A stretch of DNA of 64,000 nucleotides from Botryllus schlosseri (taxonomy: Eukaryota), in assembly GCA_051294905.1 (NCBI GenBank), contig CM119371.1, positions 7,318,001 through 7,382,000 of the forward strand, given 5' to 3'. Each line of letters starts with the position of its first letter. Within the stretch, counting starts at the first letter, position 1. The position numbers and the translations under genes were made by a program. The notes beneath the pieces are model-generated. The model saw only the letters and a program-made list of their open reading frames with translations, did no database searches and was not told the origin of the DNA. Positions 36,301 through 50,536 of this stretch are shown piece by piece.

Positions 36301-38885
36301 TTCTTTGTCAGCTTGGAATGAGTAAATGCTGGATGTAAACGTAGGTACAGTGTAAATATTGGTGTGCTCATGTCACGGGAGATAGCATAGTGCTATGAAT
36401 ATCCATATCTGGATATGCCACAACTCACCTGAAGTCATCACGATTCCTGAAAATCGAGATCTTGTCTTTTGGCAGGTGACAAAGCCTGAAATAAAATCTT
36501 ATAATTGCACAGCCATTAAAAATAGACTTGATCACTTTAAGTCTTAAATGCAACAGTAAAAGTAAATATATGATCACCCAATCATCTTGAACTGTATAGA
36601 GCAGAGGTTCTTGAACACCGGCCCACCAAGTACATAAGAACTTTATGTGTATCAATTCCAAAACGCAAGAAGGCAAACCCTTGTTCATTATTGGAGAAAT
36701 GCACACCAAATGTGAAGTTGATTTGGAAGTTTGTAATGCATTTTCTGCATGGTGTCATAATAGGGAGTTCATGGTCCACGTTGGGCATAGGCCTACATAA
36801 CAATGGTGCAACTGTTGTACAAAACTGTTTGAAAGTAGCCTACACCTTCTGATAGGTTACATGTGAAAGCTACTGAGACTTTTAAATCACTTAATTAATC
36901 ACTTGTCAGTATAATAAAGACGACAGCAAACAGCAAAGTCGCCTTTCTTTTAGAGGATACTGAACACTCACAATCAAGTTACGGGTATGTAACAGGAATT
37001 TGCGAGCTTCGGCCACGGTCTCTAGTAACGAATACAGAGGCGTGCATGAATGTCTGTTTCCAAATGAGATTTCAAGGAGAAAATGAGACATGGGCAAGGA
37101 TAGCTAATAGCCATACCTCAATTGTTCTAGTAACAGGCACGTAAGGTCCATTCAGTTCCTACAAATTGGGGTAATAGCTTCAACGTAGCCTCAAATTGAA
37201 AACTGATATCATTATGTCAGTAATCAATTGTTAAATATTTGGGTAGGTTTGAATAGAATGTCGATTTACATCCTAATTGCGGATTGAAAATACGAAGCCA
37301 GATAAAACTTACCTTGAATGAAAATTGGTGACCTTGCTTGAAAGTTGCAACTTGTTTGACTCTGATTGAAAGAAAAATCCTGCCTGTGATGATAAATAAA
37401 CGATACTTCGTGATAGAAACGATTTAAAATTCGAACTTTGCAGTCACCAAATGTGTTGAGACTTGTTGCTACAGATTGAACTAAGATCGTTTATCGGATC
37501 GCGGTTGAGTTGAGTATAAACACCCCACTATAGCCTTGAAGGCAAATAATCGAATCCGAAATCATTGATTTTGTAAAAAGATAAACTCAGAATTACGGTA
37601 CTCACTTTTATCTCCCAGGTAGAATTTTCATAAATTGATGCATGTCAGATTCCAACTGATTGATAACGGTTGAGATTGTCATGGAAACTTCTTTTATCAC
37701 CAAATCCATTTCCCATCGGACAACCAGACCATTAAATGATACTTTATAAATTATGATCTTCCGATCGCAATTAACTGTAACAAAATGAAGAGTGGTTATG
37801 AAAAGTAAACTCAATGAATGTATAATTGTATTGTATATGCACCACAGGTTGTTCAAGCCTGGCTACTGTACCGGCATAAGTGGTAGCCTATATAACAAGT
37901 TGCCGATAGTCGCCTCATATAAACAGAATCGAAATGGTTTATTTTGAGAATACATACAAATTTGGTATCCTGATCATGGATAACGAAAAGCGAACGACTT
38001 TTTTCAATCAAGGTGTCCCCAAATTCGTCAAAAACAATCAAAAGAAAGATTTTATTATGCAGTAAAATATTGTTTGTGCAAGATTCTCATAAAATAAGAC
38101 GGGCATATGAACTTGTAACCCAGGGTTGCAATGACTCGAGTCATGACTCGAATCGAGTCCGACTTGAGTCACCATATTTTGGTGACTCGACTTGACCAGA
38201 GTCATTTTTTCAAAAGCGCAAAATGACTCGACTCGAGTCAATTTTTGTATTGACTCGACTTGTAGGCCTAATCGATTCATTGTGCACGACTCGAACCAAG
38301 TCATATGACTTGAAACTAGGACGGCCAAGACAGACATTTCATTGTAACTTGGAAAAATAGTAAAAGTCACCAAGTTATTGGTATTTCGTCTATTAGTCCT
38401 GATACTTGCGAAATGGGCCAGAAACTGATTGTACCGAGGAAAATTACAATATTATCATTATGAACGCGAACCATTCTATTTCACTCGAGCAGAGTTGAAA
38501 GAAGTGGGTTGGACCCGGTTGAACTGAAAAAACTGAACAGTAAACACAATGACTTTGAAGAGTGAATAGCTCGAAGCATATGTCGCATGCGGCTCAACTA
38601 GTATTGAGATAATTCTCGCTCATTTGAAATTTCCATGCATTGAGTCATTGTATGCTGTGGGGTATTTCATACTGAATTAGCGGAAGTGTGAAACTTGAAC
38701 CGCCTGCAGTAAGCAGTAGGTACAAACTTTGGATATTGGCCATGTAACCATTGTGGAAACAATTGTAGGCTACAAGTCATCAAAATCATTAACCATATCT
38801 ATATTGAGTAGGCCTAAGGAACTAAATATATGATTGGCTATGTCGACTATATCTACCGGCAAGATTATGCACTGTGGTACAATTA

Positions 38886-39356
38886 CTTACAATTACTTCC
38901 GCGTGTTGAGAAATCGTCCTCCCAGAAAAGTTTCTATTATATTGGTGCCGCTACCTGGAACTCTCTACCAGAAGACCTCAGAGATTTGCCCGATCATCTA
39001 TTTAAAAAACGTTATCGGAAATATATATCAGATAAGTATAATTGATAATATGCCGATTTTGCAACTACTGTCTCATTGTTGGAAAGTACCGTATAATCTA
39101 CTCTATTGACCCTTCTTCTGCACTGCTGTCTTGAAACTGTAATATTTATAGCTCGTGTATCCTTGTTGAATTTTTTTTCTCTGCTTTTCTTGTAGTTTTG
39201 TATATTTATTGTCATTTGTTTTGTGCCATTGAATATAATGTGTATACTCCTTCAGGTGGCGACTGTGTACTAAGGCCTTGCGGCCCCTCGTCGTCATCCT
39301 GGTCCGTACCGGATTTTCACTGGTGTGACAAATAAATGATTGATATATATTATTAT
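38886..39356 (+). mobile_element. 5'-truncated CR1/L2-group LINE
   Basis: ORF2 C-terminus KSFYYIGAATWNSLPEDLR...FKK; 3' UTR ending AATAAA + AT-rich tail; 11 bp TSD TGGTACAATTA (38875-38885, 39357-39367); absent from the paralogous site at ~59167. Confidence 0.85.
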
Positions 39357-39990
39357 TGGTACAATTAATGGAAGTATATTAGCACAAAATTACTGGTTAC
39401 TATCGCTATTACATTCATCAAATGATACGAATTTACCGAAAAGCAGTTTACATTTGACAAATTACTGCCGCATTGACGAAAATGCACAATTTTCAATGCA
39501 ATTATGATTAATATAGCTTGATGAATTGAAAATATCAAATGTGAGAAACTTCATATTTATTCATGTCTAAGCTGCAGACTTGTACAAACTACTAATCGAG
39601 TTACTTAGACGGTCAAGACTAGTTCTAATTACCGATTTTGAAAGCGAATAGTTCTAGTGTTGATATTAGTTTGAATATCAACAGTGGCATAGTCATGGGT
39701 GGGTTGAAAACCGTTACATATCGAACTATAAACAAAATTCTTTTTGAACGCCGATTCTATCCCCGATATTTTCAAGTTCATTTCCAATTTTGTAATTCAC
39801 ATTATCAGTACTGCAGTTGCTTCGGAACTGAAACCACTAAGTTGTGTTTTTATTTGTCAGTTACGGATATTGAAAGCAGGTCAATTATAGTTCCAGTAGC
39901 CAGTTTTGAAAAGTGAGTGGTTCTAGTTATAGGTCGAGTTTCATTTTAAAAATCCAATAATTTGTACAAGTCTGCTCTTGTGAGTGCAAT

Positions 39991-41619
39991 CTATCTCTTC
40001 ACAAATATGGATGTGTAAATTTCAAAACATTCATCCACTTTTGGTGTCACTATCGTCCATTTGTCTTGCGATGTATCATACTTTTCAATTGTATCGGAGG
40101 TTTCGAAATTTGTTACTGCAAAAATCCACCCGTCAACGTGATACACAGAAACCCAATCGTGATAAGCATTCATAGAAGATAATGAAGTCCACTGAGCTGA
40201 AGTTACAACGTAACATTCTACGTTGTTGACTTTCATTCCTCCACTCCCCCCACCGATCACAAATATCTTCTGATCAACTGCAACAACACCATTCCCCCAC
40301 ACAGAATATCTCATTGGTTCGAGATCAACCCACTCTGACGAGGATGGAGTCAATCTACAGAATGAAGAAACTATGACACCATCTGGTCCTTTACCTCCGA
40401 TACAATAGATGGAATCATTCAATGATACGAGACTTGTGAAACGAATCGCTGTAGGTTTGTCTTCTAATTGAATCCATTGATTCACAAGGGAAGTAAACAT
40501 TTCCACATCACTTGTTGCTTTATTACAACTTTCTCCAACAACAAATATTGATCCCGACAAAGAAACTGCACGAGGATACCATCCATGGTTACAAATCGTA
40601 TCTCTCATCCTTTCCCATTTTGAATTTTCGCTCTGAAAATTGAGTCGATGAACTGATTTCTTCCCACATAAAATGTAGATATACGAGTCGAGAGAAATCG
40701 CTGAGAAATTTGTCAAATTCCCAAACTTCTCAACATGAAACTTCTCTACTTTCTCAGTTACTGGATTGAAGGATCGGATACAATCTGCCTCCTCATCAAA
40801 AAGAATTATCAATTCATCATTGCATATTTCTTTGTTCGTTTTTTGTGATGCTTTTGAAGCTTTCAAAAGATGTCCGGTGATGAACTTGTACAGTCCTAGG
40901 TTGTTACTGATGATTAGGTTTGATTCCAAAAGACGTTCTAAAAATGCCGAAGAGACTTTATCAAACTTGACAGCTTCGAGACATTTTTGCAAATAATCTT
41001 GATTTTTCCCATTTTTCTCAACCCAATTAAACAATAACCTTAGTTTTTCTTCTTCGCATAAGTTTGATTTTTCCGACATCACAAATTTGAGGATGTCAGT
41101 TTCTTCAATATTTCCAAATTCACGTTGGTTTGATATTTCCATGATATTTTCAAGAAAAAATGCTCCACATCGCGTAGAGACGGCATCCAGTCCATACATA
41201 TCGGCGACATTTCTTGTAGAAAAGTAATTCTCTACATTAACTGACTCCTCCAAAACGTCAGATACTGCCTGTTTCACGTCATCCAACTGCATCATGATTG
41301 CGACATGAAGAAGATCATTTATCTTTTCATCAGGAATCTCAAATTTGCCCGAATATATGAAATCGATGCAATTTTTCACGCATTGAGAATCGACCTCTTT
41401 CAAAACAACTTTTCCTTCGCGACTCTCTTTAGTGTTGTGTTTCAACATGGCTTTGAAATAAGCACAACCAGCCGACAATACATTCTTGTGAGTGTAATAG
41501 ACATCATCTCCTACTTGAATTATGAAATCACAATGATCATGTTCTTGCTTCATTTGATGTAATTCTTCCATCATCTTTACTGAATGTTTCTCTACATTTT
41601 TACACACAATCTGCACCAT
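39991..41619 (-). CDS. Kelch-like protein (BTB-BACK-Kelch), paralogue K2, intronless
   Basis: Same architecture as K1; intact ORF; ATG at 41619. Confidence 0.93.
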   Translation of the reverse strand: MVQIVCKNVEKHSVKMMEELHQMKQEHDHCDFIIQVGDDVYYTHKNVLSAGCAYFKAMLKHNTKESREGKVVLKEVDSQCVKNCIDFIYSGKFEIPDEKINDLLHVAIMMQLDDVKQAVSDVLEESVNVENYFSTRNVADMYGLDAVSTRCGAFFLENIMEISNQREFGNIEETDILKFVMSEKSNLCEEEKLRLLFNWVEKNGKNQDYLQKCLEAVKFDKVSSAFLERLLESNLIISNNLGLYKFITGHLLKASKASQKTNKEICNDELIILFDEEADCIRSFNPVTEKVEKFHVEKFGNLTNFSAISLDSYIYILCGKKSVHRLNFQSENSKWERMRDTICNHGWYPRAVSLSGSIFVVGESCNKATSDVEMFTSLVNQWIQLEDKPTAIRFTSLVSLNDSIYCIGGKGPDGVIVSSFCRLTPSSSEWVDLEPMRYSVWGNGVVAVDQKIFVIGGGSGGMKVNNVECYVVTSAQWTSLSSMNAYHDWVSVYHVDGWIFAVTNFETSDTIEKYDTSQDKWTIVTPKVDECFEIYTSIFVKR

Positions 41620-42921
41620 GATTGTCAATCAACTACAATATATATTGATCCTACGATTATTATGATCTAGTAGCACTGTTATTAAAGTAAAGATGATTAG
41701 GTAGCTCAAGTAATGCCTGAACCAAGGATCATAATACTTATCAATGTCACAATTATGAATTGATGTGAAATCAACTACACACAAGTCGCAGTTGTAAGCA
41801 AACAGACAGGACAAAGGCGAGAGGAGAGACATTGAATTTCAAGCTTAATCTGAACACAGTCATGTCTTAAATTTAGTGTTGATATATTTATAAAAACCTG
41901 CTATGCCAAAGCAGCAGGTTCCACAAACAACAACCCAATATTATTCAAAACACTGATGCGAAGTGAAGATGTCAAACTATCTGTAGTAACCAAAGCGAAA
42001 GAATCAGAACTTCAGTACAATATCATCTATACATAGTAAGTATTAGAATATGCAACCTAAATTGCATATTTTCCCCCAAGTAAAAGGAGCCGTATTGTGG
42101 CTTTCGGAATAGTCAGGACTAACACATCTGCGAAATGCAGTGGTTCTTGACCTTTTCATGGATGCGGCCCAATTTTCTTTTCGCAAATATGCCATGATCC
42201 ACAACTCAGCCTCAATCTCTATCTAAGCGGCGGTAATATGGCAGGTTTAGAGAGGTGACCTATGTAATGGGTGTCACATCACAATTCCCTTGTCATTGAC
42301 CTAAGTTATTGTTTCAACTGAATAGCAGGTTGTAAATTCAGAAAGGGGCGTCAATGTCATTAACGAGCGGCACAGTGAAATTTTACGATTCGTCAAGGGG
42401 TATCCGGCCCTCGACTTAAACAACTAGAACTTTTCAGATTTTTCAAATTAGGGTAAAGTCTGAATAATAGCTACACTGTTTTTTTTCAAATGAAGGGTAA
42501 AATAAGAATTATAGCTAAACAGTATTTTCCAAACTACTTTAAAATTACAAATATAGTTACTTTTTTTTTCAAATTATATTCGAATTGCCGAGTCCACGAT
42601 AACTTGGACATTGAATCAAGTTCAGAGCAAGTCATAGTTGTGAGCACGATAAAGGCAAACCTTAGCTCGTTTCGAGCTATACAGTTCTTCTGGAGCATTT
42701 ACAGGAAAACCGGAAGTTAGATTAGAATAAAAATTAAAGCATAAAAACATTATTGAAATTAAATTAGTATTAAAGCAAGGACACATTTCACGAATTCGAC
42801 TACTTGCATTGCAACCTAATTGGTCAAATTGTACAACTAAAATTATGTAGTTGTCCAAGTAGGTCTGGACTCTGGACAGTCTCCGATTTTTTAGGTGAAC
42901 TGTTTGATTTGGAGTCCGACT

Positions 42922-43472
42922 CAGGGTTGTAACCAAGTCACAAGGCTCCGAGTCACAAGTCAATCTCACATTTATAGTTTTGACTCGAGTCAAGTCGAGT
43001 CATTTCAATTCACCACCGAGTCAAGTCCGAGTCCAAGTCAGCGAGCAGAGCGCCGAGTCCGAGTCATGGAATTATGACTTGAGTCCGGGTCCAAGACATT
43101 GTGTTGACTGCTCAGTTTCTAGTTGGAGTCTTGGTAAACCCACTTTTTATAACTCTGTTTGGTGATATCGAATGGTTCCCATTTATAATATACCAATTTT
43201 CCTCACTTTTAGCAGTTTATGGTCGCATTTTCAAGTACCAGTACCAACAGACGAAATCCCAATAGTGTGTTGGCTTCGGAATTACAATGAAATGTAGGTC
43301 TTGGCCGTCTGAGTCTCGAGTCAATGACTTGGTTCGAGTCATGCGCAATGACTCAAGTCCAAGTCGAGTCAATACACAGATTGACTCGAGTCGAGTCGAG
43401 TCATTTCCGTATTTTGAATAAATCAGAAAATCGTGACTTGAGTCGGACTCGAGTCGAGTCATTACAACCCTG
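42922..43472. mobile_element. GACTCGAGTC-rich hAT-type MITE (partial copies ~25884, ~29938, ~38121, ~58431)
   Basis: TIR CAGGGTTGTAA; near-perfect 8 bp TSD GTCCGAC(T/A); dense subterminal GACTCG/CGAGTC motifs. Confidence 0.8.
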
Positions 43473-44393
43473 GTCCGACATGGATTGTTACTTGGTGCCT
43501 GCAAAGCGCTTCGCCTGGTCACTAGATGTCGCCAAATTGAAGGAGGCGCTTTTCGTAACGAATTCATGACAAATGTGAAATTTTGTCGATGTATGCTTCT
43601 GTGAGAACCTGTGATCCAGTGATGGGGCTGGAGTTGGGTCAGTGATGGGGCTGGAATTCTTCGTTTGGTTGCTTCAAGCCACCATATTCTTACTCCGCAT
43701 GAAACCTTGCCGGGTATGCGCTGCTTCACGGCCCACTCGATCTGAAAAAAAATATTAATGAGTCAGTCGATACTAGCATTGGAATCACAGGATATTAAGG
43801 TATTTTTAAATCTCGGGATTTCAAGAAAGCATCTTCCAGCAATTAGTTCGCTTTTAAAGCAGCGTTACAATATCATCTGAATTTCTTGAACACTCTACAT
43901 TGATGTGAAATTAATACCAACTATGGCATAATAATGAACTACAATCTTTTTCAATCTTTTTCGTAATGGTAAGCCATTTTAAAGAATGCTCAAAACTTGT
44001 CCACCTCGGTTCACATAATATATCGAATCCGTAGCAATCCTAATCGGAAGAGGGATGTAACATGTAACCATGCATAAATCCATTGGAAATGCTAATGCAA
44101 CCAACCAATCAGCTTTCAACATAACCGGATCCTGATTGAACACATTGCTTTTCAACCGGGGTCTACGAAACATTACTAGGCAACCGTGAACTGATTGATA
44201 AATATAATTTGTGACATCGGAAGCTAGGGTCGACCAACGCAAACACAGATCTTAACACCATCCAGTCAGATTCCAGGTTTCCAGAGTGTATTTATGACTG
44301 ATTATCAAATCAAAACTACTTACATAATTCAGTAGTTTTCAAAGACAGCAAATTCCTTTTTTCCTTGAAGTAGGCTACTTCTGGGTTGGAAAA

Positions 44394-46068
44394 TCGGGTT
44401 ACCATACATCCTCCTTTTCTCAGGTTTTTGAAAATGTCCTCCGAGGACGCCTAAATGTCCTCCTTTTTGGTAATTCGTCGTCTTTTACAGCTATTACAGC
44501 TAGAGCCCGACCGATATTGGATTTTTGAGCCGATACCGATAAGACCGATATTCAGCACCTCCACCGATAACCTCGATATATTCAGCCGATATTCAAAAGA
44601 TATGGAATCTAGCTCAAGGCCCAATTTTAACAACTCAAGAACATTTATTTCAACAGCTTTACAGCCATTGATATGCTTGAACATGAAATAAATGATCTAG
44701 GGGCTATAAAAATATATCAAAAGCACCAATCCAGCAGTTGCAGATTACAGTTCACAAAGCACAATTTCTCGGCTCTTTCTCCAAGGAATGAACTTCTGTG
44801 GTCTTCCATAAATGATGTATATAGTACTAATCATAGTGAGCAGTCTTTCACTTGGTACCATAGTTAGTGGCACAGCAAGAATTGGAAATCTTTCTTCATT
44901 TCGGTTCCACCGCGCCCTGGGATCTTTCCTTCAATGGTTTCACCAAATATTGATATTATTATTGATATTCTTCTGGCAGTGCACCTGGAGCCTTCAGCAC
45001 ATCATTAACAAATAGCTGAAGAGAATGTGCAAAACGACTGAAATTGTCCACGTCTGCAACTGTTCCACCAATCCCCGTTGTGCCTTGACCATGACTAGCA
45101 TTCAAACAATCAATTGGTCTATATTTTACGCTCTTTTGTCAGAATTGGCCTATGTCATCATGGAATTAAAAATTTTCGTATCAATTATTGGCTTTACTCC
45201 ACGTTTGCTTGATTTTCTTGCCCTCTATGCTCGCATATTTCCAATCATGGTGGCCCCGAAGGCCTCAGTCAGACGACTTCATACATTACTGGTAGCTCTG
45301 TTGGTACCGAACCAATAGCACTATCTTCCGAGAAATGTTTCGACGAGACGCTTTTCTCTATCATCACGAGGGTCAGTCCAGCATGATTGATGTTCTCATT
45401 TCTTCTACTGATTGAAATCTTCTGCAGACAACTATCCACCCAGCTGCTCTCTGTCTTTGGTGATCGATTACTGCAGGGGGATTCCCACAAAGTCAGTGGG
45501 GCATAACGGTGGTTAGTATTCCATAATATTTTTCAGATAGGCACGCCTACTGCCTGTATGGAGTATGGACTATGTGCAGCTTGGCCATTTATTTTTTATA
45601 ATTTACCGTCCTCACGTCTTCTATCGACTTCTCTGACTCCCTGACACCGTGCTGTGACGTCACGAAAATGGCCGATATTTTTTTACCTTCAACGGCCGAT
45701 ACCGATATTTCTCTCCAAGCGTGATATCGACTCGATATTATCGGCCAGCCGATAATCGGTCGGGCTCTAATTACAGCCTAGATAATGGATAGATTCAAGT
45801 TAAAACGAGCATAAAAGTACGCTAAATAGAAAATTCATGGTTTGATCGAAAGTGAAGACCTTTTTTACAAGTCAACACCACTAATTTTAAGTAAAAAGTG
45901 TGTAAAACGAGTGTCGAACCAAAGTGATGACCTTTTTTTAGTCAAGCAACCATCAAATCAAGACATAAATTACCATTTTTTCCGGATGTTTCTCCTGCAT
46001 TGTAAGTCTGAAAATTTTGATAAAGTGACCTCATTTGAGATTTCTAAAAAATGGTAATGGTAACCCTA
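44394..46068. mobile_element. hAT-type MITE hosting a nested hAT derivative
   Basis: TIR T(A/C)GGGTTACCAT; 8 bp TSD TTGGAAAA at 44386-44393 and 46069-46076. Confidence 0.75.
44501..45769 (-). mobile_element. Internally deleted Ac-like hAT transposon
   Basis: TIR TAGAGCCCGACCGAT; 8 bp TSD ATTACAGC; transposase remnant FAHSLQLFVNDVL on the minus strand at ~44995-45035. Confidence 0.85.
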
Positions 46069-47009
46069 TTGGAAAAGCGATACTTTTACTCGTACTGGAG
46101 TGAACTTTGCATTGTTACTTTTACTTGGAGTAGATTTCCGACCACTTCTGATCATGCATACGGGCTCATGCAATCACAGATTGTTGTTCTTATTCTTAGA
46201 AACTTTTCCGAGACAGCCAAGAAACTTTACCTCCATCCAAATTTACTGGTCTCGGTGTGCAATATTTATTGCATGATTTCTTTGTCAGCTAGGAATAAGA
46301 AAATATTGGGTGTAGACATAGGTAGAGAGTGTAAATATTGGTGTGCTCATGTCACCAGCAGAATTGGACAACTAGATAATTCCAACTAGATAATTCCAGT
46401 TGTCTAATTTCACTAAATTAGAGCGATATGCCAGTAATCTAATTCTAATCTAATTTGTGAAATGTCCGTATTCTCTAATTCTAGTTCTAATCCAAATAAT
46501 GTTTTCCTGAAAATGCCTCTTTGTCCGAGGCATATTGCACTATTGCAGTGAGTTAACAAGAATATCCCTCTTGCGCAGGGAAATCCAGTGCCAAGTCGCC
46601 ATCGCCTTACCTACATCGTGCAGTCATAGAAGATATTATGACGAATAATAGCCTGCTAGAGTAGCTTGTAGTCTGGGAACAACATTCTAGTTTTTAAAAC
46701 TTTATGTTAGTACATGGTCATTCTGACTAACATGGGCTATGCCCACGGTTACCATAAAAGAAGTAAATAAAAGAAGTAATATTTTAATAAAGTATAGTAA
46801 AAAATCGAGCAAAGCTTGGTGTACAGAGGTTAACCATTCTCATGGTTATGGGAATGCACTGTTGTTGTTTTTATTAAACAAAAATATGTGGCGCTTATCG
46901 CCTCAGGGCCTTTTTCACCACGCACTGTGATTTGATGTGAACTGAATTTGGCTGTATTCCTTTCCCATATACAATTTCATTCAATTTCCAAGTTTTTGCG
47001 AACTAAGAA

Positions 47010-47490
47010 GCTCTAATTATAATTCTAATCTAATTTGAAAAAAGCTATGTAGCTGTAATTCTAATTATAATTTGAAAAAAGCTGTGTAGCTGTAATTCTA
47101 ATTATAATCTAATTTGTAAAAACTGTGTAGCTCTAATTCTAATTCTAATCTAATTTGAAAAAAGCTTAGTAGCTCTAATTCTAATTATAATCTAATTTGA
47201 AAAAAGCTTAGTAGCTCTAATTCTAATCTAATTTGAAAAAAGCTTAGTAGCTCTAATTCTAATTCTAATCTAATTTGAAAAAAGCTTAGTAGCTCTAATT
47301 ATAATTCTAATCTAATTTGAAAAAAGCTGTGTAGCTCTAATTCTAATTCTAATCTAATTTGAAAAAAGCTGTGTAGCTCTAATTCTAATCTAATTTGAAA
47401 AAAACTGTGTAGCTCTAATTCTAATTCTAATCTAATTTGAAAAAAACTGTGGAGCTCTAATTCTAATTCTAATCTAATTTAGAAAAGCTG
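47010..47490. repeat. ~37-43 bp minisatellite inside a TIR element (~46356-47516)
   Basis: Repeats of TAGCTCTAATTCTAATTCTAATCTAATTTGAAAAAAGC(TTAG/TGTG); element ends TTGGACAACTAGA / TCTAGTTGTCCAA. Confidence 0.85.
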
Positions 47491-48702
47491 AAAATTGTCT
47501 AGTTGTCCAAGTGCTGTGAATATCTATGGGATTTCATTCTGAAATTTACAATATGAATGTTTGCTATGTATATCTTTTACACTGTTGCCAATTGTGGATA
47601 TGTCACAATATTTCATAGCAACTCACCTGATGTCATCATGATTCCTGGAAATCTTGATGCCGAGATCTTGTCTTTTGGCTGGTGAAAGCCTGAAAGAAGA
47701 TCTCACAATTACACAGCCAGAAAAATAGACTTGAACTAGATTTGGACAACTGGAAAATTTTCAGCGTTTCCAAATTAGATTACAGTTACAGCTACAAAGT
47801 TTTTGCAAATTAGAGTAAAATTATATTATAGCTACACAGTTATTTCCAAATTTGATTAAAATTATTATTGTAGCTACAGCTTTGTCCCAATTAGATTAGA
47901 ATTACAGAATTCGCGCAAACTTGGATGTTGAATCAACTTATCAAATCATGGTTCATTCTTAGTAGCATGTCTTGAGTATAGCATGCTGCACGAGGATGGC
48001 CAATGTCTGTAGAGCAAGCTTGGCTCGTTTCGCACTATACAGTTCTCCTGTAGCATTTACAGACCAACCAGAAAGTAGATTAGAAATAAAATTAGAGCAT
48101 AGAAGCATTTTACAAATTAGATTACCGGTACCAGCATTTAGAAAAATTTGTTCGTTCATTAGACTCTACCCTGTGCACAATGTCACATCAACGGTGTAAT
48201 TAACCAATAACCATCCAATAAAGACATCAATCTTGATGATCACTAACGAATACAGAGGCGTGCTTGAAGGAATGGTTTTAGATGGGATTTCAAGAACATG
48301 CGGCATAGGGGAGGGAAGCTATTATCCATACTTCAATTGTTCTATTAGCAGCCATTCACGTTAAATCAGTTCCTACAAACTGGGATAATAGTTCAGCGTT
48401 GGGGCAAATTGAAAACTGATATCATTATGTTAACTTTACTAATCAACTCCTAAATTCTTCCATAGGTGCGAATTGAATGTTGATGTCTGTCCTAATTGTG
48501 ACTTGAAAAAACGCAGCCAGATAAAACTCACCTTACATGACAATTTGTAAATTGCTTGAAAGTTGCAGCTTGCTTGACTCTTATTGCAAGAAAATCCTTG
48601 CCTGTGATGATAAGGAAAGGATGCGTCAGGTTGGAAACGATTAAAATTTGAACTTTACAGTCACCAATGTGTTCAGACTTGTTGCTACAGATGTAAATAA
48701 GG

Positions 48703-49132
48703 TAGGATTACTATATTTCGAAATCGGGAAAGAGGACACTTCTACCAAATCATTTCAAGTTAGTTGAACAAAACTGAAAGCAGCCGATTTTGCAATATTC
48801 ACCGGAAATTATGTTGAGTTCACTACAAAAAAAGAGTTCATCATTTTTACTCGACTCCTGATTTACCCACTTTTTATTTGAATTTTGTGGTATCACTAAA
48901 AAAAGTAACCACTATCATTTAAATCCCGAATTGGCCCCACGAACGTTCGTATTGCCAATTTCACGTCATTTATGCAGATTTCCGTTGAATCTGTCCATTA
49001 ACCTAGCTGTAAAAGCTGTAAATGAGGACCGATTGCCCAAAGGGAGGGCATATATCCGTCCTCGAAGGACATTTCTAAAAACCTGAAAAAGGTGGTAAAA
49101 ACCTTCCTAAACGAGAACGTATGGTAACCACA
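48703..49132. mobile_element. Old hAT-type MITE related to 44394-46068
   Basis: Degenerate TAGG.TTAC.AT termini; 8 bp TSD AAATAAGG; absent from paralogous units. Confidence 0.7.
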
Positions 49133-50536
49133 AAATAAGGTCGTTAATCGTGGTTGAGTTGAGTTTATTGAGAATGATTGTATCATTTCAAAAACACCCC
49201 ACCGCAGCTCAGCATTGATGGCAAATAATCGAATCCAAAATCATTGATGAATTCAGAATGACTCACTTTTATCTCTCGAATTGAATCGTCAGACATTGAT
49301 GCATGTCAGATTCCAACTGATTGAGATTGTCATGCAAACTTCTTTCATCACCAAAGCCACTTCCCATCGGCCAACCAGACTATGAAATGATGCGTTATAA
49401 ATTATGATCTTCTGATTGCAATCCACTGTAAAAAATTGAAAAGAGTGGTTATGAAAAGTAACATCAATGAATGTATTGTATATACACCACAGGTTGCTCA
49501 AACCAGGCTATCGTACAAGAAGATGTGGTAGATAACTAGTTGCCGATAGTCGCCTCATAATCAAAGTGGTTTGTTAAGTAACATGCGGAAAAATTCGGAT
49601 TTCTTGATCATAGATAGCAAAAAAATAATGACACACAATAAAGACAACAAGATAAACAAAAATTACATCCGATTTAATTTCGTACTTGAATATAAAGTTG
49701 TAAATTGGCTCAAAAAGTGGCTCAACAAGGAAGACATCCACACTTTTTGAAATTTTCATGCATTGAATCATTGAATGCAGTGGGTTATTTCATACCGAAT
49801 TATTGGAAGGGTAAAACTTATACGACGTACTGTAAACAATAGGTTCCCAACTCCTGATAAGGGCCATATAACCCTAGTGGGATCAATTGTGCAAGTCGTC
49901 AAAATGAACAACCATATCTATATTGGGCAAGGTAGTAAATAAATGATGGGCTGCATCAACTAGAATTACTAGCATGATTATGCACTTTTGTACAAGTCTT
50001 GAAGAATATTTCCACAAAATTACTGGCTACTATTGCTATCACATTCATCAAATGATACGAATCTACCGAAAAGTAGTTTATATGAAAAATTGACCATACA
50101 GATACAAAGTTCTGCCGATTTGAAACAAAAAAATGCACGATCTTGAAGGCAATTGCCGTATGATGCATATAGCTTTATGAGTTGATATTTTTATTCATGT
50201 CTCAATTGCAGATTTGTAGAAACTACTAATCCAGTTGGTGTATGGTCAAATAGTAGTTCCAGTTGCAAATTTTTGGAATGAGTAGTTTGGTGCGAATAGT
50301 GATACTGGTGTTCTGTTGTGTGACGTTCTTGCAGCTATTGCTAGCTTGGAGTCAACACTACTAATAACAATGGCGTGGCCGGAAAATGGGTTTTGAGGGT
50401 AGAAAACTGTCCATTTCGAACTTCAAACACAGATTCTGTCTCCAAGTCAGACTAATTTGCATTAGAAGTACCCTACTGCACTTGCTTAAGAACTGAAAAT
50501 CCAGTAATTGCACAAGTTTGCTCAGTTGAATGCAAT

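Larger units (their letters stand above)
36213..41700. repeat. Segmental duplication unit (K2), closest to ~55083-61500 (K4)
   Basis: Long collinear near-identity, e.g. 36540-38830 vs 55430-59120 apart from the 56527-57902 insert; paired spurious ORFs in the track. Confidence 0.85.

Noticed and set aside
43217..43729. 170 aa ORF and similar ORFs at 25892, 38038, 58390
   Set aside because: Low-complexity translation of GACTCGAGTC-rich MITE sequence
47010..47490. Telomere- or CRISPR-like array
   Set aside because: Simple degenerate minisatellite within a TIR element; no spacers
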